NCBI GenBank assembly: GCA_946186275.1
Contig: CAMHMO010000005.1
Location: 5,087-69,086, forward strand
DNA length: 64,000 nt
Reading direction: 5' to 3'
Source of the DNA: an uncultured Verrucomicrobiota bacterium
GTDB taxonomy: Bacteria > Verrucomicrobiota > Verrucomicrobiia > Opitutales > UBA9783
Shown: piece after piece, positions 17,677 through 31,430 of the stretch
Position numbering within the stretch: position 1 is the stretch's first letter
Layout of the letters: every line of letters starts with the position of its first letter
The notes under the pieces: model-generated
Database searches by the model: none
Seen by the model: only the letters and a program-made list of their open reading frames with translations
What the model was told of the DNA's origin: nothing
Made by a program: the position numbers and the translations under genes

Positions 17677-18105
17677 ATGGCATCGAAAAAAGTAACGGGT
17701 GAAATTCGGTTGCAGTTGCCCGCGGGTGCGGCAAACCCGGCACCGCCGGTGGGACCGGCTTTGGGTGCGAAGGGCGTGAATATCATGAACTTCTGCAAGG
17801 AGTTTAATGCACGTACGCAGGATAAAGCCGGATTGGTTATTCCGGTGGTGATTACGGTTTATTCGGATAAATCGTTCACGTTTATTCTAAAGACACCGCC
17901 TGCTTCGGTGCTCTTGTGTAAAGCGGCGGGCATTCAGAAGGGTTCGGGCGAGCCGAATAAGAATAAAGTCGGTACGGTGACCGCCAAGCAACTGGAGGAG
18001 ATTGCGACTATGAAGATGGCGGATTTAAATGCGAACAATGTGAAGCATGCGGCGCGGATGATTGCCGGAACAGCTCGCAGTATGGGAATTCAGGTCGTCG
18101 GGTAA
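17677..18105 (+). CDS. rplK: Ribosomal protein L11
   Basis: [12 protein letters not shown]. Confidence 0.98.
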   Translation: MASKKVTGEIRLQLPAGAANPAPPVGPALGAKGVNIMNFCKEFNARTQDKAGLVIPVVITVYSDKSFTFILKTPPASVLLCKAAGIQKGSGEPNKNKVGTVTAKQLEEIATMKMADLNANNVKHAARMIAGTARSMGIQVVG

Positions 18106-18109
18106 AGGT

Positions 18110-18802
18110 ATGAAGAAGTACGGGAAAAGGTATCGCGCGGCGTTGGAGAAGGCGGAAGTCGGGAAGCGGTATGATTTAAAGAGTGCTTTTATGACGTTGC
18201 TTTCGTTGCCGGCGACGAAATTCGACGAAACGGTCGAGTTGGCATTGCATTTGGCTGTCGATCCGAAGCAGAGCGATCAAATGGTGCGCGGACGGGTGCA
18301 GTTGCCGAACGGAAACGGTAAGGACGTGCGTGTGATTGCCTTTACAAAGGATCCGCAGGTAGCGTTGAAGGCGGGTGCGTGCGAAGCGGGTTTGGCGGAT
18401 CTGATGGAGAAGATTAAAGGCGGCTGGTTGGATTTTGACGTGGCGGTGTCGACGACGGAAGCCATGAAGGAGGTTAAGACCCTGGCGCGTCTTCTGGGAC
18501 CGAAAGGATTGATGCCGAGCCCGAAAGCGGGGACGGTGACCGACGATTTGGCGGCGTGCATTACCGAATTAAAGAAGGGTCGCGTGGAATTTAAGATGGA
18601 CAAGGCGGCAAACGTTCAATTGGGTATCGGGAAGCGTTCGTTCGGTCTTGAAAAGCTGTTGGCGAATGCGACGGCGGCGTTGGAAGCGATTCGTCAGGCG
18701 CGCCCGTCGGTCTTCCGCGGGAAGTTTGTGCTTAACGGCGCGATTTCGTCGACCATGAGTCCCGGTTTATTGTTGGATGCTTCGGTGTTTGCCAAATTTT
18801 AA
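18110..18802 (+). CDS. rplA: Ribosomal protein L1
   Basis: KFDETVE, LGPKGLMPSPKAGTVT. Confidence 0.98.
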   Translation: MKKYGKRYRAALEKAEVGKRYDLKSAFMTLLSLPATKFDETVELALHLAVDPKQSDQMVRGRVQLPNGNGKDVRVIAFTKDPQVALKAGACEAGLADLMEKIKGGWLDFDVAVSTTEAMKEVKTLARLLGPKGLMPSPKAGTVTDDLAACITELKKGRVEFKMDKAANVQLGIGKRSFGLEKLLANATAALEAIRQARPSVFRGKFVLNGAISSTMSPGLLLDASVFAKF

Positions 18803-18807
18803 GAGCG

Positions 18808-19314
18808 ATGAGAATTGAAAAAACATTTTTGTTAAACGAGATTTCCGACAGCGTTAAGGACTCGGGGTACGTTTATTTAGTCGATTTCGGCGGCGTAAAG
18901 GTGGACGAAATCTCCGAATTGCGCAGAGGGTTGCGCGAGCACGGGGCGCAATTTCACGTCGTTCAGAATACGCTGTTGCGAAAAGTCGGCGAAGGTTTGT
19001 CATGGCCGTCCTTTACGCAGTGGTTGCACGGGCAGACGGGCATCGTGTTCGGCGGCGATAATCCGACCGGCGTGGCGAAGCTCTTGGTGCAATTTGCGAA
19101 AGATAAGGGAAAATTGCCCCCCAAAGGCGGTTTGATGGACGGTCAGTTGTATGATACGGCGGCGTTGGAAGAACTTTCGAAGTTGCCGGATCTGCCGACG
19201 CTTCGGGCGACGTTCCTGTCGTTGCTGTTGATGCCTTATCGTCGTTGTCTGTACGTCTTGCAGGGCGTTCCGCAGGCATTATTGAATGTGTTGCAGGCGA
19301 AGAGCGGGAACTAA
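18808..19314 (+). CDS. rplJ: Ribosomal protein L10
   Basis: ELRRGLRE..FHVVQNTL; operon position. Confidence 0.93.
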   Translation: MRIEKTFLLNEISDSVKDSGYVYLVDFGGVKVDEISELRRGLREHGAQFHVVQNTLLRKVGEGLSWPSFTQWLHGQTGIVFGGDNPTGVAKLLVQFAKDKGKLPPKGGLMDGQLYDTAALEELSKLPDLPTLRATFLSLLLMPYRRCLYVLQGVPQALLNVLQAKSGN

Positions 19315-19398
19315 TTATTTTCAGGTCAGGTTAGGGAGAACGGTTCTCCTTAAACGGTTCGTCTGAAAAAACGAATACTAATCTGTTCGGGAGAAATC

Positions 19399-19782
19399 AT
19401 GGGAGAAATCAAAAAAGAAGAGGTTATCGAGTGGTTGAGTAACCAGTCGGTATTGGAGATTGCGGGTCTGGTAAAAGATCTGGAAGAAAAGTGGGGCGTC
19501 AGCGCGGCGGCTCCTGTTGCGGTTGCGGCGGCACCGGCGGGCGGCGCGGCAACACCGGCGGCGGAAGAAAAGACGGAGTTTGACGTCATTCTCGCCGACA
19601 TGGGTGCCAAAAAGATCGATGTCATCAAAGAGGTGAAGGCGATCACGGGCTTGGGGCTTGCGGAAGCGAAGGCACTGGTGGAAGGTGCCCCGAAGCCGGT
19701 AAAGGAAGGCATCGGAAAGAAAGAGGCGGAAGAAATTAAAGCCAAACTGGAAGCCGCCGGCGCAAAAGTCGAATTGAAGTAA
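19399..19782 (+). CDS. rplL: Ribosomal protein L7/L12
   Basis: [27 protein letters not shown]. Confidence 0.98.
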   Translation: MGEIKKEEVIEWLSNQSVLEIAGLVKDLEEKWGVSAAAPVAVAAAPAGGAATPAAEEKTEFDVILADMGAKKIDVIKEVKAITGLGLAEAKALVEGAPKPVKEGIGKKEAEEIKAKLEAAGAKVELK

Positions 19783-19831
19783 ATTATATAACCTTCGACA
19801 AGAATGGATTGGAAGAACCTTTCTTGTTTAA

Positions 19832-22800
19832 GTGCCTGAATTTATGTCCGATCGTATCAATCTCGGGAAATTGAAAGAAATTATTCCGCCTTTGGATCTG
19901 CTGGGTCTGCAGTTAGATTCCTACAAGGAGTTTTTGCAGCAGTTCGTTCCGCCGTCCGAGCGCAAAAAGGTCGGCTTGGAAGCGGTTTTTCAAGATTTTT
20001 TTCCGATTGAGGATTACGACAATAAGTACCGCCTGGAGTATGTATCGTACCGATGGGGCGACGTAACAGGCGATTATTTCGATTGCATTCGCAACGGCAC
20101 CACGTACGGTACGTCTTTGTACCTGACGTTGCGCCTGATGAGCGACAATAAGCAGGTTCAGGAGGGTGAAGTTTATTTGGGCGAGTTCCCGCTGATGACG
20201 GATCGCGCCTCTTTTGTCGTCAACGGTGCCGAACGTGTGGTGGTGAGTCAGTTGCATCGTTCGCCCGGCATTAGTTTTGATCAAGAGTGGCATCCGTCCG
20301 GAAAGCGGTTGCATGCGTTTCGCATTATTCCCGATCGCGGCGTCTGGGTGGAAGTTCAGTTTGATGCGAACGATCTGCTGTACGTTTATCTGGATCGTCG
20401 CCGTCGTCGTTATCGGTTCCTTATTACGACGCTTTTGCGCGCTTTCGGCTTCGGTACGAACGAGACGATTTTAAAGTTATTCTATAAGCCGACCAAGATG
20501 CGCGTTTCGGCGTTGTTGTCGCAGAACGATCTGGCGCATTGGGTACTGACGGAAGACGTGATTGACGTTGCGAAGGGTTTGGTATTGGGGCGCGCGTTGG
20601 AACCGATCACCAAAACCGCTCTGCAGACGTTTCAACAGTCGAAAATCGAGACGATTTCGGTGGTCGACGCAAGCGCGGATGACGGTGCGATTGTGCGTTG
20701 TTTGAGAAAAGACGGTGCGTCTTCGACGGAAGACGGATTGTGCGATATTTATCGGTTATTGCATCCCGGCGAGACCGTGAATTTGCAGGATGCGCGCGCC
20801 TTTTTTCAACGTTCCTTTTACGATCCGAAACGTTACGATTTGACGCGCGTGGGGCGTTATCGTCTGAACGAAAAACTCGGTTTGGACGTTCCGCTTTCGA
20901 AGACGTTGCTTCAACCGATTGATATTGCGGAGGCGGTGCGCGAACTGTGTCGCCTGCGCAAAGGGCAGGGGTCGATCGATGATATCGACTTTCTCGGCAA
21001 TCGTCGCGTGCGTTTGGTGGGTGAACTGGTGGCGGTGCAATGCCGTTCGGGCTTGGCGCGAATGGAACGCATCATTCGCGAACGTATGGCGCAATTGGAT
21101 CGGGCGGACGGTGTTTCGTTAAAGCATGTGGTGGATTCGCGCGCCGTTACGATAGCGGTGGTTGATTTTTTTGCGCGCAATCCGCTGTCTCAGCTGACGG
21201 ATCAAATCAATCCGCTGTCGGAAATTACCCATAAGCGTCGTTTATCGGCGTTGGGGGCGGGCGGCTTGGATCGCGAACGGGCGGGCTTGGAAGTGCGCGA
21301 CGTACATGTTTCCCACTACGGTCGCATCTGTCCCATTGAAACGCCGGAAGGTTCCAACATCGGTCTGATTAATTCGCTGACGACCTACGCGCGCATCAAC
21401 GAACTCGGTTTGATTGAAACGCCGTACCGACGCGTGCATAACAAGGTTGTGACGGACGAAGTTGATTATTTGACGGCGGAACAGGAGAAAACGGAGGTGG
21501 TTGCGCAGTCGGATGCAACGATCGATTCGAAGGGTTGTTTGGAAGGCACCGTGATGGCGCGCAAAAATTTCGACGTGTGCGAAGTGCAGCCCGAGGAAGT
21601 GACGTACATGGAGATTTCTCCGAAGCAGGTGATTTCGGCGGCAACCGCTCTTATTCCGTTCCTGGAGCACGACGACGCCAGCCGCGCGTTGATGGGGTCG
21701 AACATGTTGCGTCAGGCGGTGCCGTTGTTACGACCCGAAGCGCCCTTTGTCGGAACGGGGTTGGAAGAGACGACGGCGCGCGATTCCCGTGTTACGGTTG
21801 TGGCGGAAGCGGACGGGAAGGTGGCGGAAGTGAGCGGTACGCGGATTGTCGTGACGCCCGACGGAATGTTGCCGCACGTTCGCAAGGGTGAGACGTTGCG
21901 GACGGATGCGCAAAAGGGAATATATGTTTATCCGTTGCATAAGTTTGCGCGTTCCAATGCGATGACGTGCTTCAATGCCCGACCGTTGGTGCGACCGGGC
22001 GATACGGTCAAAGCCGGGCAGGTGTTGGCGGACGGCGGCGCGACGGATCACGGCGAAACGGCGTTGGGGCGCAACGTTTTGGTGGCGTACCTTTCCTGGA
22101 AGGGATATAATTTCGAAGATGCGGTGATTTTGAGTGAACGCATGGTTTCGGAAGATGTTTATACGTCGATTCATATCGAAGAGTACGAAATCGTCGCGAA
22201 TGATACGAAGTTGGGCATGGAGGAAATTACGCGTGATATTCCGAATGTCGGCGAAGAGGCTTTAAAGCATTTGGATCGCAATGGAATTATCTGCATCGGT
22301 TCCGAAGTGCATCCGGGCGATATTTTGGTCGGGAAGATTACGCCGAAGAGCGAAACGGAACTGGCGCCCGAAGAAAAGTTATTGCGCGCGATTTTCGGCG
22401 AAAAAGCGGCGGACGTAAAAAATTCTTCTTTAATTGCGCCGTCCGGTTGCGAGGGATACGTGATGGACGTTCACGTGACGATGCAGGGCGGTGCGGACGA
22501 AACGTCGGGTGTTGCGAGCGATCGCCGTCGTCGGGAGAAAAAGCTGATTGAAGAGTATCGGGTCGCCAAAGAGCGTTTGCGGGAATCGTTGACGGAGGCG
22601 TTGTCGAACGTTCTTTTGGGTGAAAAAATTCCCTTAAATATTACCGGCGGTGAAACGGGCGAGGTTATCATTCAGGCAAATCGGAAAATCACCAAAACGG
22701 CGTTGCGTAAATTGGCGTTTCATCCGAGCGACGTTCAAATGGAGCAGTCGCCGATTAAGTTGAGGGTTTTTGAGATTATAACACCCTTTGTGCGTCAGTT

Positions 22801-23626
22801 TGACGAGTTGGAGGCATCGCATCGGACGAAATTGGAGGATTTGGATGCGGAAGCGGCGGGAACCGTGAAGAGCGTGAAGGTTTGGGTTGCCGTCAAGCGC
22901 AAAATTTGCGTCGGCGATAAGATGGCGGGACGTCACGGAAACAAGGGCGTTGTGGCGCGCGTGGTTCCCGTTCAGGATATGCCGTTTTTGGAGGACGGGA
23001 CGCCCGTGGACATGATTTTAAATCCTCTGGGTGTGCCGAGCCGCATGAACATCGGGCAGATTTTGGAGGCGCACCTCGGTTTGGCGTGCAAACTGCTCGG
23101 CATTAAGGTTTCGACGCCGGTGTTTGACGGCGCTTCCGATGCGACCGTCAGGGAGTATTTAAAGAAGGCGCATCTGCCGGAGGACGGGAAGGTGACGCTT
23201 TACGACGGGTGCACCAGCGAGCCGTTTAAGCGGAAGGTGACGGTCGGCTGTTCCTACATGATGAAGCTCAATCACCTGGTGGACGACAAGGTGCATGCGC
23301 GTGCGGTCGGTCCGTACAGTCTGATTACACAACAGCCGTTGGGCGGTAAGGCGCAGTTCGGCGGACAGCGCTTCGGTGAAATGGAAGTGTGGGCGTTAGA
23401 ATCGTACGGCGCGGCGTACACGTTGCAGGAAATGTTGACGGTTAAATCCGATGACGTTCAGGGGCGCACCAAGATGTACGAATCCATTGTGAAAGGGTAC
23501 CATTCGTTGCAGGCGGGTGTGCCGCAGTCGTTCAAGGTGTTGGTGAAGGAAATTCAGGGATTGGGATTGGATTTGCAACTCAATGCGGACCGCCTGATGA
23601 CGGAAGAAGCGGAGGTTGCGGAGTAA
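19832..23626 (+). CDS. rpoB: RNA polymerase beta subunit
   Basis: [38 protein letters not shown]. Confidence 0.99.
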   Translation: MPEFMSDRINLGKLKEIIPPLDLLGLQLDSYKEFLQQFVPPSERKKVGLEAVFQDFFPIEDYDNKYRLEYVSYRWGDVTGDYFDCIRNGTTYGTSLYLTLRLMSDNKQVQEGEVYLGEFPLMTDRASFVVNGAERVVVSQLHRSPGISFDQEWHPSGKRLHAFRIIPDRGVWVEVQFDANDLLYVYLDRRRRRYRFLITTLLRAFGFGTNETILKLFYKPTKMRVSALLSQNDLAHWVLTEDVIDVAKGLVLGRALEPITKTALQTFQQSKIETISVVDASADDGAIVRCLRKDGASSTEDGLCDIYRLLHPGETVNLQDARAFFQRSFYDPKRYDLTRVGRYRLNEKLGLDVPLSKTLLQPIDIAEAVRELCRLRKGQGSIDDIDFLGNRRVRLVGELVAVQCRSGLARMERIIRERMAQLDRADGVSLKHVVDSRAVTIAVVDFFARNPLSQLTDQINPLSEITHKRRLSALGAGGLDRERAGLEVRDVHVSHYGRICPIETPEGSNIGLINSLTTYARINELGLIETPYRRVHNKVVTDEVDYLTAEQEKTEVVAQSDATIDSKGCLEGTVMARKNFDVCEVQPEEVTYMEISPKQVISAATALIPFLEHDDASRALMGSNMLRQAVPLLRPEAPFVGTGLEETTARDSRVTVVAEADGKVAEVSGTRIVVTPDGMLPHVRKGETLRTDAQKGIYVYPLHKFARSNAMTCFNARPLVRPGDTVKAGQVLADGGATDHGETALGRNVLVAYLSWKGYNFEDAVILSERMVSEDVYTSIHIEEYEIVANDTKLGMEEITRDIPNVGEEALKHLDRNGIICIGSEVHPGDILVGKITPKSETELAPEEKLLRAIFGEKAADVKNSSLIAPSGCEGYVMDVHVTMQGGADETSGVASDRRRREKKLIEEYRVAKERLRESLTEALSNVLLGEKIPLNITGGETGEVIIQANRKITKTALRKLAFHPSDVQMEQSPIKLRVFEIITPFVRQFDELEASHRTKLEDLDAEAAGTVKSVKVWVAVKRKICVGDKMAGRHGNKGVVARVVPVQDMPFLEDGTPVDMILNPLGVPSRMNIGQILEAHLGLACKLLGIKVSTPVFDGASDATVREYLKKAHLPEDGKVTLYDGCTSEPFKRKVTVGCSYMMKLNHLVDDKVHARAVGPYSLITQQPLGGKAQFGGQRFGEMEVWALESYGAAYTLQEMLTVKSDDVQGRTKMYESIVKGYHSLQAGVPQSFKVLVKEIQGLGLDLQLNADRLMTEEAEVAE

Positions 23627-23630
23627 TTTT

Positions 23631-26600
23631 ATGTTTAGGGACGACATTCACGGTCTTTTGGGGTTCGAGTCGGATCCGACGTTTGATTCGGTTCGGATTT
23701 CGATCGCTTCTCCCGAAACCATTCGTCAATGGTCGAAGGGGGAGGTCAAAACACCCGAAACCATCAATTACCGCACCTGGAAGCCGGAACCGGACGGTTT
23801 GTTCTGCCAGCGGATTTTCGGTCCGGTGACGGATTACGAGTGTGCCTGCGGCAAGTACAAGCGCATTAAGTACCGCGGGGTGGTGTGCGACCGTTGCGGT
23901 GTGGAGGTCACCGTTTCGCGCGTGCGTCGCGAGTGGATGGGGCACATCGAATTGGCGGTTCCCGTGGCGCACGTTTGGTTTTTAAAGAGCGTTCCGAGCT
24001 GTTTCAGTTTGCTTTTGGACATGACCGTTCGCGATTTGGAGCGTGTCATTTATTACGAAAGTTATCTTGTTCTGGATCCCGGCAGTGCGCCTTTGGAGAA
24101 AAAGCAGCTCTTGACCGAGAGCGAGTACCAATCGGCGCAAGCCGAGTTCGGCGAAGATGCGTTCACGGCGAAAATGGGTGCGGAGGCGATCCGTGAGCTG
24201 TTGTGCGACATGAGTTTGGAGGACGAGGCGGAGGAGATGCAGATGCGGATGGCGACGGATACCTCAAAAAGTCTGAAGCAAAAATTGTCCAAGCGTCTCA
24301 AGTTGATCAACGGAATGATTCGTAGCAAAATCCGACCCGAATGGATGGTGTTGGAGGTGTTGCCGGTGACACCGCCCGATTTGCGTCCGTTGGTGCCGCT
24401 GGACGGCGGGCGTTTTGCCACCAGCGATTTGAACGATTTGTACCGTCGCGTCATCAATCGCAACAATCGTCTTCGCAGTTTGTTGCAACTGAAAACGCCG
24501 GACATTATCATCCACAACGAAAAGCGCATGTTGCAGGAGGCGGTGGATGCGTTGTTTGATAACGGTTGCCGCGGAACGCGCGCGGTTGCCGGTTCCAACG
24601 GTCGTCCGTTGAAGTCTCTGAGCGAGTCGTTGAAGGGAAAGCAGGGGCGTTTTCGTCAAAATCTGCTCGGTAAGCGCGTCGATTACAGCGGTCGTACCGT
24701 GATTATCGTCGGACCGGAATTGAAAATTTACCAGTGCGGTCTGCCGAAACAGATGGCGTTGGTGCTGTTTGAACCGTTCATCATTCATCGATTGCGAGAG
24801 TTGGGTTTTGCCTACACGGTGCGTGCGGCGCGCAAGATGATAGAAAACAAGACGCCCGAAGTATGGGACGTATTGCAGGAAGTTATTAAGGGACATCCCG
24901 TGTTGCTGAACCGTGCGCCGACGTTGCATCGTTTGTCCATTCAGGCATTCGAACCCGTGCTCATCGAAGGCGGTGCCATTCGTTTGCATCCGTTAGTGTG
25001 TGCGGCATTCAATGCGGACTTCGACGGCGATCAAATGGCGGTGCACGTTCCGTTGTCCGCGGAGGCGGTGATGGAAGTGCGGTTGTTGATGTTTTCGTCG
25101 CACAATCTGTTTTCGCCTTCCAGCGGCAAGCCGATTATGGTGCCGTCGCAGGACATTGTTTTGGGGATTTATGCATTGACGGCGGATACGAAGCCGCAAC
25201 CGGAGAAGTCGCGGCGGGTTCCGATTATTTCGGGTGCTTCGGAAGCGGAGCGGATGGAAAGCGAGGGCATTCTCTCTTCGGACGATTGGGTGGATATACC
25301 GAATCCCGATTGGCAAAAAGAGACGAAGTTCGGCGTTTCGATCGAAAAATATCTCCGAACCACGATCGGGCGCATTCTTTTTAACGCCGTTTTCCCGAAG
25401 GAAATCGGTTTTGTCAACGAAACGGTCGGCAAAGATAAGTTACTGGACATGATTAACGCGGCGTATCATTTGATTTCTTCCGATGTGTTTGCGGAATTGT
25501 TGGATGCGTTGAAGGACATCGGTTTTTCGAGGGTGACCCAAAGCGGGATTTCCATCGGAATGGGGGATATTGTCGTTTCGGACGAAAAAGCCGCCGTTAT
25601 CGGGAAGAACGAGAAGAACATTAAAGAGGTTGAGTCGCAGTTTCGCCGCGGCATTATCACCAACAACGAACGTTATAACAAGGTCATTGCGATTTGGACG
25701 GGCGCGACGGAGGAAGTGGCGAATGCTTCGTTCGAGAAGTTGGCGCAGCGCAGGGAAGACGGCGATCCGAATCCGATTTGGATGATGATGGATTCGGGCG
25801 CGCGCGGTAACAAACAGCAGGTACGTCAGCTGGTCGGCATGCGCGGTTTAATGGCGAAACCTTCGGGAGAAATCATCGAACAGCCGATTTTATCGTCTTT
25901 CCGTGACGGCTTGAAAGTGTTGGAGTACTTCACGTCGACGCACGGCGGTCGTAAGGGTATGGCGGATACGGCGTTGAAAACGGCGGATGCGGGGTATTTG
26001 ACCCGTAAATTGTGCGACGTCGCCATGGATTGCGTGGCGGAAGAAAGCGACGAATCGTTGGATTATTCAAAGGGCATTTGGAAGCAGGCGATTTGCGACG
26101 GCGAAGATGAAGTCGTTTCCTTATCCGAGCGCATCATCGGGCGTTGTTCCTGCGAGGATGTCGTCAATCCGACCGATCCGAGCGAGTGCGTCATTCGTCG
26201 CGGCGATTTAATTACCGAAGCGCAGGCAAAACGCGTCGAGGCGTTGGGGATTGATGCGGTAAAGATTTTGTCGCCGCTGACGCACATGGTTAAGAATGTG
26301 ATTCCGACGAAGGCATACGGCGAAGATACGGCAACGCACGCGTTGGTAACGGAGGGAACGTCGGTCGGTATTTTGGCGGCGCAATCCATCGGCGAACCGG
26401 GTACCCAGCTGACGCTTCGTACGTTTCACTCGGGCGGTGTGGCGGGACAGGCGTTTAAGACGCCGGAGTTTCGCGCACAGCATGACGGTATCGTGAAGTA
26501 CGACGGTTTGCGAACGGTAACGACGCAGGAAGGGACGATTGTGGCGTTGAACAAAACTGGCGTGCTTCGAATTTTGTCGCAGGATCACCGCGAGCTGGAA

Positions 26601-27830
26601 TCGTACCATATTCATATCGGTTCGGTGTTGGCGGTTGCGGATGGAAGCGTTGTCGAAAAAGGCGCTTCCCTGGCGATGTGGGATGCGACCAAGATCCCTA
26701 TTTTGTCGGAAAAGAGCGGCGAAGTGCGTTTTAAGGATATTTTGTCGGGCGTGACCGTTTGCCGTGCCAGCGAGGATTCCGATGTGCGCATGATCATGGA
26801 GCATCAGGACGATTTGAATCCGTCCGTTGAAATCGTCGATAAGCGCGGAACGTTGCTGGCGACCTATCCGATTCCGTCGGGGGCACAGCTGACGGTTACG
26901 GAAGGCGATACCGTTTATCCCGGGACGCTGATTGCCAAAACGGCGCGCGTTTCGAATAAAACGCAGGATATTGTGGGCGGTTTGCCGCGCATTACTGAAC
27001 TGTTTGAAGCCCGTTGTCCGAAGAAAACGGCGGAAATGGCGCGCATCGACGGTGTGGTGTCGCTGACGGGAACGGTGCGCGGAAAGAAGCGGCTTGTTGT
27101 AACTAATGCCGAAACGGAAACGGCGGATGTGCATTTTGTGGCGCAGGATAAGCAGATTGTCGTGCAGGACGGTGATTTCGTCAGAAAGGGGCAGTTCCTG
27201 ACCGACGGATTGGCGGATCCGCACGAAATGCTTGCCGTTTTAGGCGAAACGGTGGCGCAGGAGTATTTGTTATCGGAAATCCAAAAGGTGTACCGTTTGC
27301 AGGGGGTGACCATTAACGACAAGCACCTGGAAGTGATTTTGGCACGGATGTTCGGGAAAGTTCGCGTGACAGATCCGGGCGATACGGAATTTTTCCACGA
27401 CGAACAGGTGGATCGCGAAAATTTTGCGGAAGCGAACAGGAACGTGGTCGAGATGGGCGGAAAGCCTGCCGAGGGCGAACCGATATTATTGGGAATTACC
27501 AAGGCGTCGTTGCAGACGGACAGCTTTATTTCCGCCGCTTCCTTCCAGGAAACAACGCGTATTTTAACGGAAGCCGCCGCCGTCGGGAAGCAGGATAACA
27601 TGAAGGGCTTCAAGGAAAACGTCATCATGGGGAATCTGATCCCTGCCGGGACCGGGGTGCCGAAGTACCGACATTTGACGGTTTGTATAACAGAAGCGGG
27701 ACAGGCAGCCGCCGAGGCGATTTCCGAGGGAGCCGTGTTATGGGGAGATGCCGAAACAGTTTCAACGGAGAGTACTTCAAATGCTTCTTCCTCGGAAGCG
27801 GTGTCGGTTGCGACGGAGCGTGTTTCTTAG
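23631..27830 (+). CDS. rpoC: RNA polymerase beta' subunit
   Basis: [20 protein letters not shown], zinc-finger Cys residues. Confidence 0.99.
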   Translation: MFRDDIHGLLGFESDPTFDSVRISIASPETIRQWSKGEVKTPETINYRTWKPEPDGLFCQRIFGPVTDYECACGKYKRIKYRGVVCDRCGVEVTVSRVRREWMGHIELAVPVAHVWFLKSVPSCFSLLLDMTVRDLERVIYYESYLVLDPGSAPLEKKQLLTESEYQSAQAEFGEDAFTAKMGAEAIRELLCDMSLEDEAEEMQMRMATDTSKSLKQKLSKRLKLINGMIRSKIRPEWMVLEVLPVTPPDLRPLVPLDGGRFATSDLNDLYRRVINRNNRLRSLLQLKTPDIIIHNEKRMLQEAVDALFDNGCRGTRAVAGSNGRPLKSLSESLKGKQGRFRQNLLGKRVDYSGRTVIIVGPELKIYQCGLPKQMALVLFEPFIIHRLRELGFAYTVRAARKMIENKTPEVWDVLQEVIKGHPVLLNRAPTLHRLSIQAFEPVLIEGGAIRLHPLVCAAFNADFDGDQMAVHVPLSAEAVMEVRLLMFSSHNLFSPSSGKPIMVPSQDIVLGIYALTADTKPQPEKSRRVPIISGASEAERMESEGILSSDDWVDIPNPDWQKETKFGVSIEKYLRTTIGRILFNAVFPKEIGFVNETVGKDKLLDMINAAYHLISSDVFAELLDALKDIGFSRVTQSGISIGMGDIVVSDEKAAVIGKNEKNIKEVESQFRRGIITNNERYNKVIAIWTGATEEVANASFEKLAQRREDGDPNPIWMMMDSGARGNKQQVRQLVGMRGLMAKPSGEIIEQPILSSFRDGLKVLEYFTSTHGGRKGMADTALKTADAGYLTRKLCDVAMDCVAEESDESLDYSKGIWKQAICDGEDEVVSLSERIIGRCSCEDVVNPTDPSECVIRRGDLITEAQAKRVEALGIDAVKILSPLTHMVKNVIPTKAYGEDTATHALVTEGTSVGILAAQSIGEPGTQLTLRTFHSGGVAGQAFKTPEFRAQHDGIVKYDGLRTVTTQEGTIVALNKTGVLRILSQDHRELESYHIHIGSVLAVADGSVVEKGASLAMWDATKIPILSEKSGEVRFKDILSGVTVCRASEDSDVRMIMEHQDDLNPSVEIVDKRGTLLATYPIPSGAQLTVTEGDTVYPGTLIAKTARVSNKTQDIVGGLPRITELFEARCPKKTAEMARIDGVVSLTGTVRGKKRLVVTNAETETADVHFVAQDKQIVVQDGDFVRKGQFLTDGLADPHEMLAVLGETVAQEYLLSEIQKVYRLQGVTINDKHLEVILARMFGKVRVTDPGDTEFFHDEQVDRENFAEANRNVVEMGGKPAEGEPILLGITKASLQTDSFISAASFQETTRILTEAAAVGKQDNMKGFKENVIMGNLIPAGTGVPKYRHLTVCITEAGQAAAEAISEGAVLWGDAETVSTESTSNASSSEAVSVATERVS

Positions 27831-28018
27831 GAAGACGGTGTAAATGAGGGATTTCGGAAATACGGCGATTGCGGAGCGGTTTTGGGTACTCTGCGGTCGT
27901 GTGCGTATTGTGCGTCGGTTCAAATGCGCGTCGGAGCGGTTACACGGAGGCGGGACAGCGTGTAAAAAAAGCTTGCGTTCCGTTGCGTGAATTTTTGTTA
28001 ATGAAGTGTTAAGATAAA

Positions 28019-28402
28019 ATGCCTACCATCAATCAGCTTATTTCGCATCCGAGGCGGGCGGTACGTTCAAAGTCGTCCGCGCCGGCGTTGGAGAAGCATC
28101 CGTTTAAGCGCGGCGTGTGCATTCAGGTGATGACGCGTACGCCGAAGAAGCCGAATTCCGCGGTTCGTAAAGTGACCAAAGTGCGTTTAACGAACGGTTC
28201 GGAAGTGATCGCTTACATTCCCGATGAAGGGCATAATCTGCAGGAGCACAGCATTGTGTTGGTGCGCGGCGGTTGCGTGCCCGATTTACCCGGTGTGCGT
28301 TATCATGTGGTGCGCGGGACGTTGGATGCGCAGGGTGTGGAGAAGCGTCGTCGCAGTCGTTCCAAGTACGGCGTGCATCGTCCGAAGGAAGCGAAAAAGT
28401 AA
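28019..28402 (+). CDS. rpsL: Ribosomal protein S12
   Basis: TPKKPNSA and DLPGVRY motifs. Confidence 0.98.
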   Translation: MPTINQLISHPRRAVRSKSSAPALEKHPFKRGVCIQVMTRTPKKPNSAVRKVTKVRLTNGSEVIAYIPDEGHNLQEHSIVLVRGGCVPDLPGVRYHVVRGTLDAQGVEKRRRSRSKYGVHRPKEAKK

Positions 28403-28411
28403 GGTTTTGTT

Positions 28412-28885
28412 ATGTCACGTCGTCGAAGAGCGATACGTCGGGAGATAAAGGGAGATCCGCGTTACAACAGTCCGCTGGTGGAGCAGTTGACGAACCGCGT
28501 GATGCGTTGCGGGAAGAAGTCTTTGGCGCGCCGCATTGTGTACGGAGCGATCGAGAAGGTAAGCGAAACATTGGGTAAGGGTGATCCGATGGATTTCATG
28601 TTGGCGGCTTTGGAAAACATTCGTCCGAAATTGGAAGTAAAGAGCCGTCGCGTTGGCGGTGCGACTTACCAGGTGCCGATGGAGGTTCCGTATCAACGTC
28701 AAATCGGTTTGGCGTTTCGTTGGCTCGTTTTGGCGGCGGATAAACGCAAAGGACCGATGGCGGAAGGGTTGGCGAATGAATTGTTGGATGCCTACAATAA
28801 CACGGGCGAAGTGGTGAAGAAAAAGGAGGAAGTCCATCGTATGGCGCAGGCAAATCGTGCCTTTGCGCATTTTCGCTGGTCTTAA
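28412..28885 (+). CDS. rpsG: Ribosomal protein S7
   Basis: [24 protein letters not shown]. Confidence 0.98.
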   Translation: MSRRRRAIRREIKGDPRYNSPLVEQLTNRVMRCGKKSLARRIVYGAIEKVSETLGKGDPMDFMLAALENIRPKLEVKSRRVGGATYQVPMEVPYQRQIGLAFRWLVLAADKRKGPMAEGLANELLDAYNNTGEVVKKKEEVHRMAQANRAFAHFRWS

Positions 28886-28891
28886 ACGATT

Positions 28892-31036
28892 ATGGCAGGG
28901 CTTTCTTCGGCAAATTCTTCGGGTCGCAAGTATCCGCTGGAGCACTTGCGCAACATCGGTATCGCCGCGCATATTGATGCGGGAAAAACGACGACGACGG
29001 AACGTATTTTGTTCTATTCGGGTGTGGTGCACAAGATCGGCGAAGTGCATGACGGTGCCGCGACGACCGACTGGATGGAGCAGGAGCGCGAGCGCGGCAT
29101 CACGATTACATCGGCGGCAATCAGTTGCGATTGGACGAATAAAGGCGGTTTATTCCCCGGCGTTCATCACGGCATTAACATTATCGACACTCCGGGACAC
29201 GTGGATTTCACGGCGGAGGTGGAACGTTCGTTGCGCGTACTGGACGGTGCGGTGGCGGTGTTTTGTTCGGTTGCTGGTGTTCAACCGCAGTCCGAGACGG
29301 TGTGGCGGCAGATGGATAAGTATTATGTTCCGCGCCTGGCGTACATCAATAAAATGGATCGCACAGGGGCCGATTTTTTGGGTGCCGTTCATGACATTCG
29401 CGAGAAATTGGGTGGTAATGCGCATCCGCTGTTCCTGAATATCGGTGCCGAGGATCAATTTAAGGGCTTAATCGATTTGTTGGAAAACAAAGCCTACGTC
29501 TATGACGAAACGGATCCGAAGGGCATGAAGTTTGACGTAACGGATATTCCCGCCGAATACAAAGCGGAAGCGGAGAAGTACCGTTCGGAGTTGATTGAAG
29601 CCCTGGCGAATTTGGATGACGGAATTGCGGATAAGTTTTTGGAGGGGAAGGAAATTTCGACCGCCGAACTGCGTGCCGCTATTCGAAAAGCGACGCTGGA
29701 CTTGAAGTTTATCGGTGTTATTCCCGGAAGTTCTTTCAAAAATAAAGGTATTCAGATGCTTTTGGATGCCATTGTGGATTACCTGCCTAGCCCGTTGGAT
29801 TTGCCGCCGATGCACGGCGAGCGCGACGGTGAGAGCGTGGATATTGTTCCGGATGATCATCATGCGCCGGTCGGTTTGGTGTTTAAATTGATGACCGATC
29901 CGTTCGTCGGGAAGTTGATTTTTTATCGGGTTTACGCCGGTGTTGTTAAGAAGGGGATGGTGCTTTACAATCCCCGTACGCGCAAGCAGGAGCGCATCAG
30001 TCGGTTGGTGCTGATGAAAGCGAATGATCGCATTGACATCGAGGAAGCGTGTTCCGGGGATATTTGTGCGCTCATCGGTCCGCGGGAGGTGGTGACCGGC
30101 GATACGCTCTGTGAGAAAGAGTTAAACGTTTGCCTGGAGCCGCCAACATTCCCCGAGCCTGTCATCAGTATGTCGATTGAGCCGAAAACAAAGGCGGATC
30201 AGGAGAAGCTGTCGCTGGGATTGCAACGTTTGGCGGAGGAAGATCCGACGTTTCGCGTAACGACCAATCAGGAGACGGGACAGACGTTGATTGCCGGGAT
30301 GGGTGAGTTGCATCTGGATATTATTCGCGACCGTCTGTTCCGCGAGTTCAAGGTAGAGGCGGATGCAGGTCGCCCGCAAATTGCTTATCGTGAAACTATC
30401 ACGCAGGCATCGGAGGGAGAAGGTAAATTTATTCGGCAGACGGGTGGTCACGGTCAATACGGACACGCGATTATTAAGATGGAGCCGTTGGAGCGCGGTC
30501 AGGGTGTTGAAGTCGTGAACGAGATCGTGGGCGGTGCTATTCCGAAGGAATTTATCAAGCCGACGCAGGACGGTTTGATGGAAGGTGCGCAAAACGGCGT
30601 GGTCGCCGGGTATCCGGTGGTTGATTTTCGCGTGCGCATTGTCGATGGTACGTTCCATGAGGTGGATTCGTCGGAACTGGCGTTCAAAATGGCGGGTATT
30701 TTTGCCTTCAAAGAGGCGATGAAGAAAGCGAAGCCGATTTTGCTGGAGCCGATTATGAAGGTGGAGGTGACGACTCCGGAGGAGTATCAGGGGGATATCA
30801 TGGGCGATTTAAATCGTCGTCGCGGTCAGATTCAGGGGATGGAGAACAAAGGGAATGCGGCGGTGATTACCGCGTTTGTCCCGTTGGAGATGATGTTTGG
30901 GTATGCGACCGATATTCGGTCCTTGACAAAGGGGCGCGCGTCTTATTCGATGGAACCGTCGCACTTTGAACAGGTGCCGTCGAATTTGTTGAGTAAGATC
31001 GTAGAGACGGCTTCCAGGGCGCCGGCGCGTTCGTAA
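28892..31036 (+). CDS. fusA: Elongation factor G
   Basis: [21 protein letters not shown]. Confidence 0.99.
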   Translation: MAGLSSANSSGRKYPLEHLRNIGIAAHIDAGKTTTTERILFYSGVVHKIGEVHDGAATTDWMEQERERGITITSAAISCDWTNKGGLFPGVHHGINIIDTPGHVDFTAEVERSLRVLDGAVAVFCSVAGVQPQSETVWRQMDKYYVPRLAYINKMDRTGADFLGAVHDIREKLGGNAHPLFLNIGAEDQFKGLIDLLENKAYVYDETDPKGMKFDVTDIPAEYKAEAEKYRSELIEALANLDDGIADKFLEGKEISTAELRAAIRKATLDLKFIGVIPGSSFKNKGIQMLLDAIVDYLPSPLDLPPMHGERDGESVDIVPDDHHAPVGLVFKLMTDPFVGKLIFYRVYAGVVKKGMVLYNPRTRKQERISRLVLMKANDRIDIEEACSGDICALIGPREVVTGDTLCEKELNVCLEPPTFPEPVISMSIEPKTKADQEKLSLGLQRLAEEDPTFRVTTNQETGQTLIAGMGELHLDIIRDRLFREFKVEADAGRPQIAYRETITQASEGEGKFIRQTGGHGQYGHAIIKMEPLERGQGVEVVNEIVGGAIPKEFIKPTQDGLMEGAQNGVVAGYPVVDFRVRIVDGTFHEVDSSELAFKMAGIFAFKEAMKKAKPILLEPIMKVEVTTPEEYQGDIMGDLNRRRGQIQGMENKGNAAVITAFVPLEMMFGYATDIRSLTKGRASYSMEPSHFEQVPSNLLSKIVETASRAPARS

Positions 31037-31047
31037 AGGTGGGGAAT

Positions 31048-31353
31048 ATGGCGGAAAAAATTGAGATTAAGTTGAAAAGCTTCGATTATCGAATGTTGGA
31101 TAAGTCGGCGGCGGAAATTGTAAATACCGCCAAGCACTCCGGTTCGCGGGTATGTGGCCCGGTGCCGATGCCGACGCACATCGAGCGTTTTACGGTGAAC
31201 CGTTCGCCGCACGTCGGTAAAAAGTCGATGGATCAGTTTGAGTTGCGCACGCACAGCCGTTTGATTTTGATTAAAGAGGCGACGCCGCAGACAGTGGACG
31301 ATTTGAAGCGTTTAAATTTGCCGGCGGGCGTGGAGATTTCCGTTCATCTTTAA
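31048..31353 (+). CDS. rpsJ: Ribosomal protein S10
   Basis: GPVPMPT, RSPHV, LPAGV. Confidence 0.97.
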   Translation: MAEKIEIKLKSFDYRMLDKSAAEIVNTAKHSGSRVCGPVPMPTHIERFTVNRSPHVGKKSMDQFELRTHSRLILIKEATPQTVDDLKRLNLPAGVEISVHL

Positions 31354-31430
31354 TGTTTTTTTATTGACGGGTATGGCGTAAATTTTTTAGTTCTAATGCA
31401 GGTTGTTGCTTCGACCTGCCGCTTAGCAGT

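Noticed and set aside
21180-21380. RpoB rifampicin-region variants (GAGGL, EGSNIG)
   Set aside because: The main contact residues (Q, D, H, S of cluster I) are conserved, so resistance cannot be supported.
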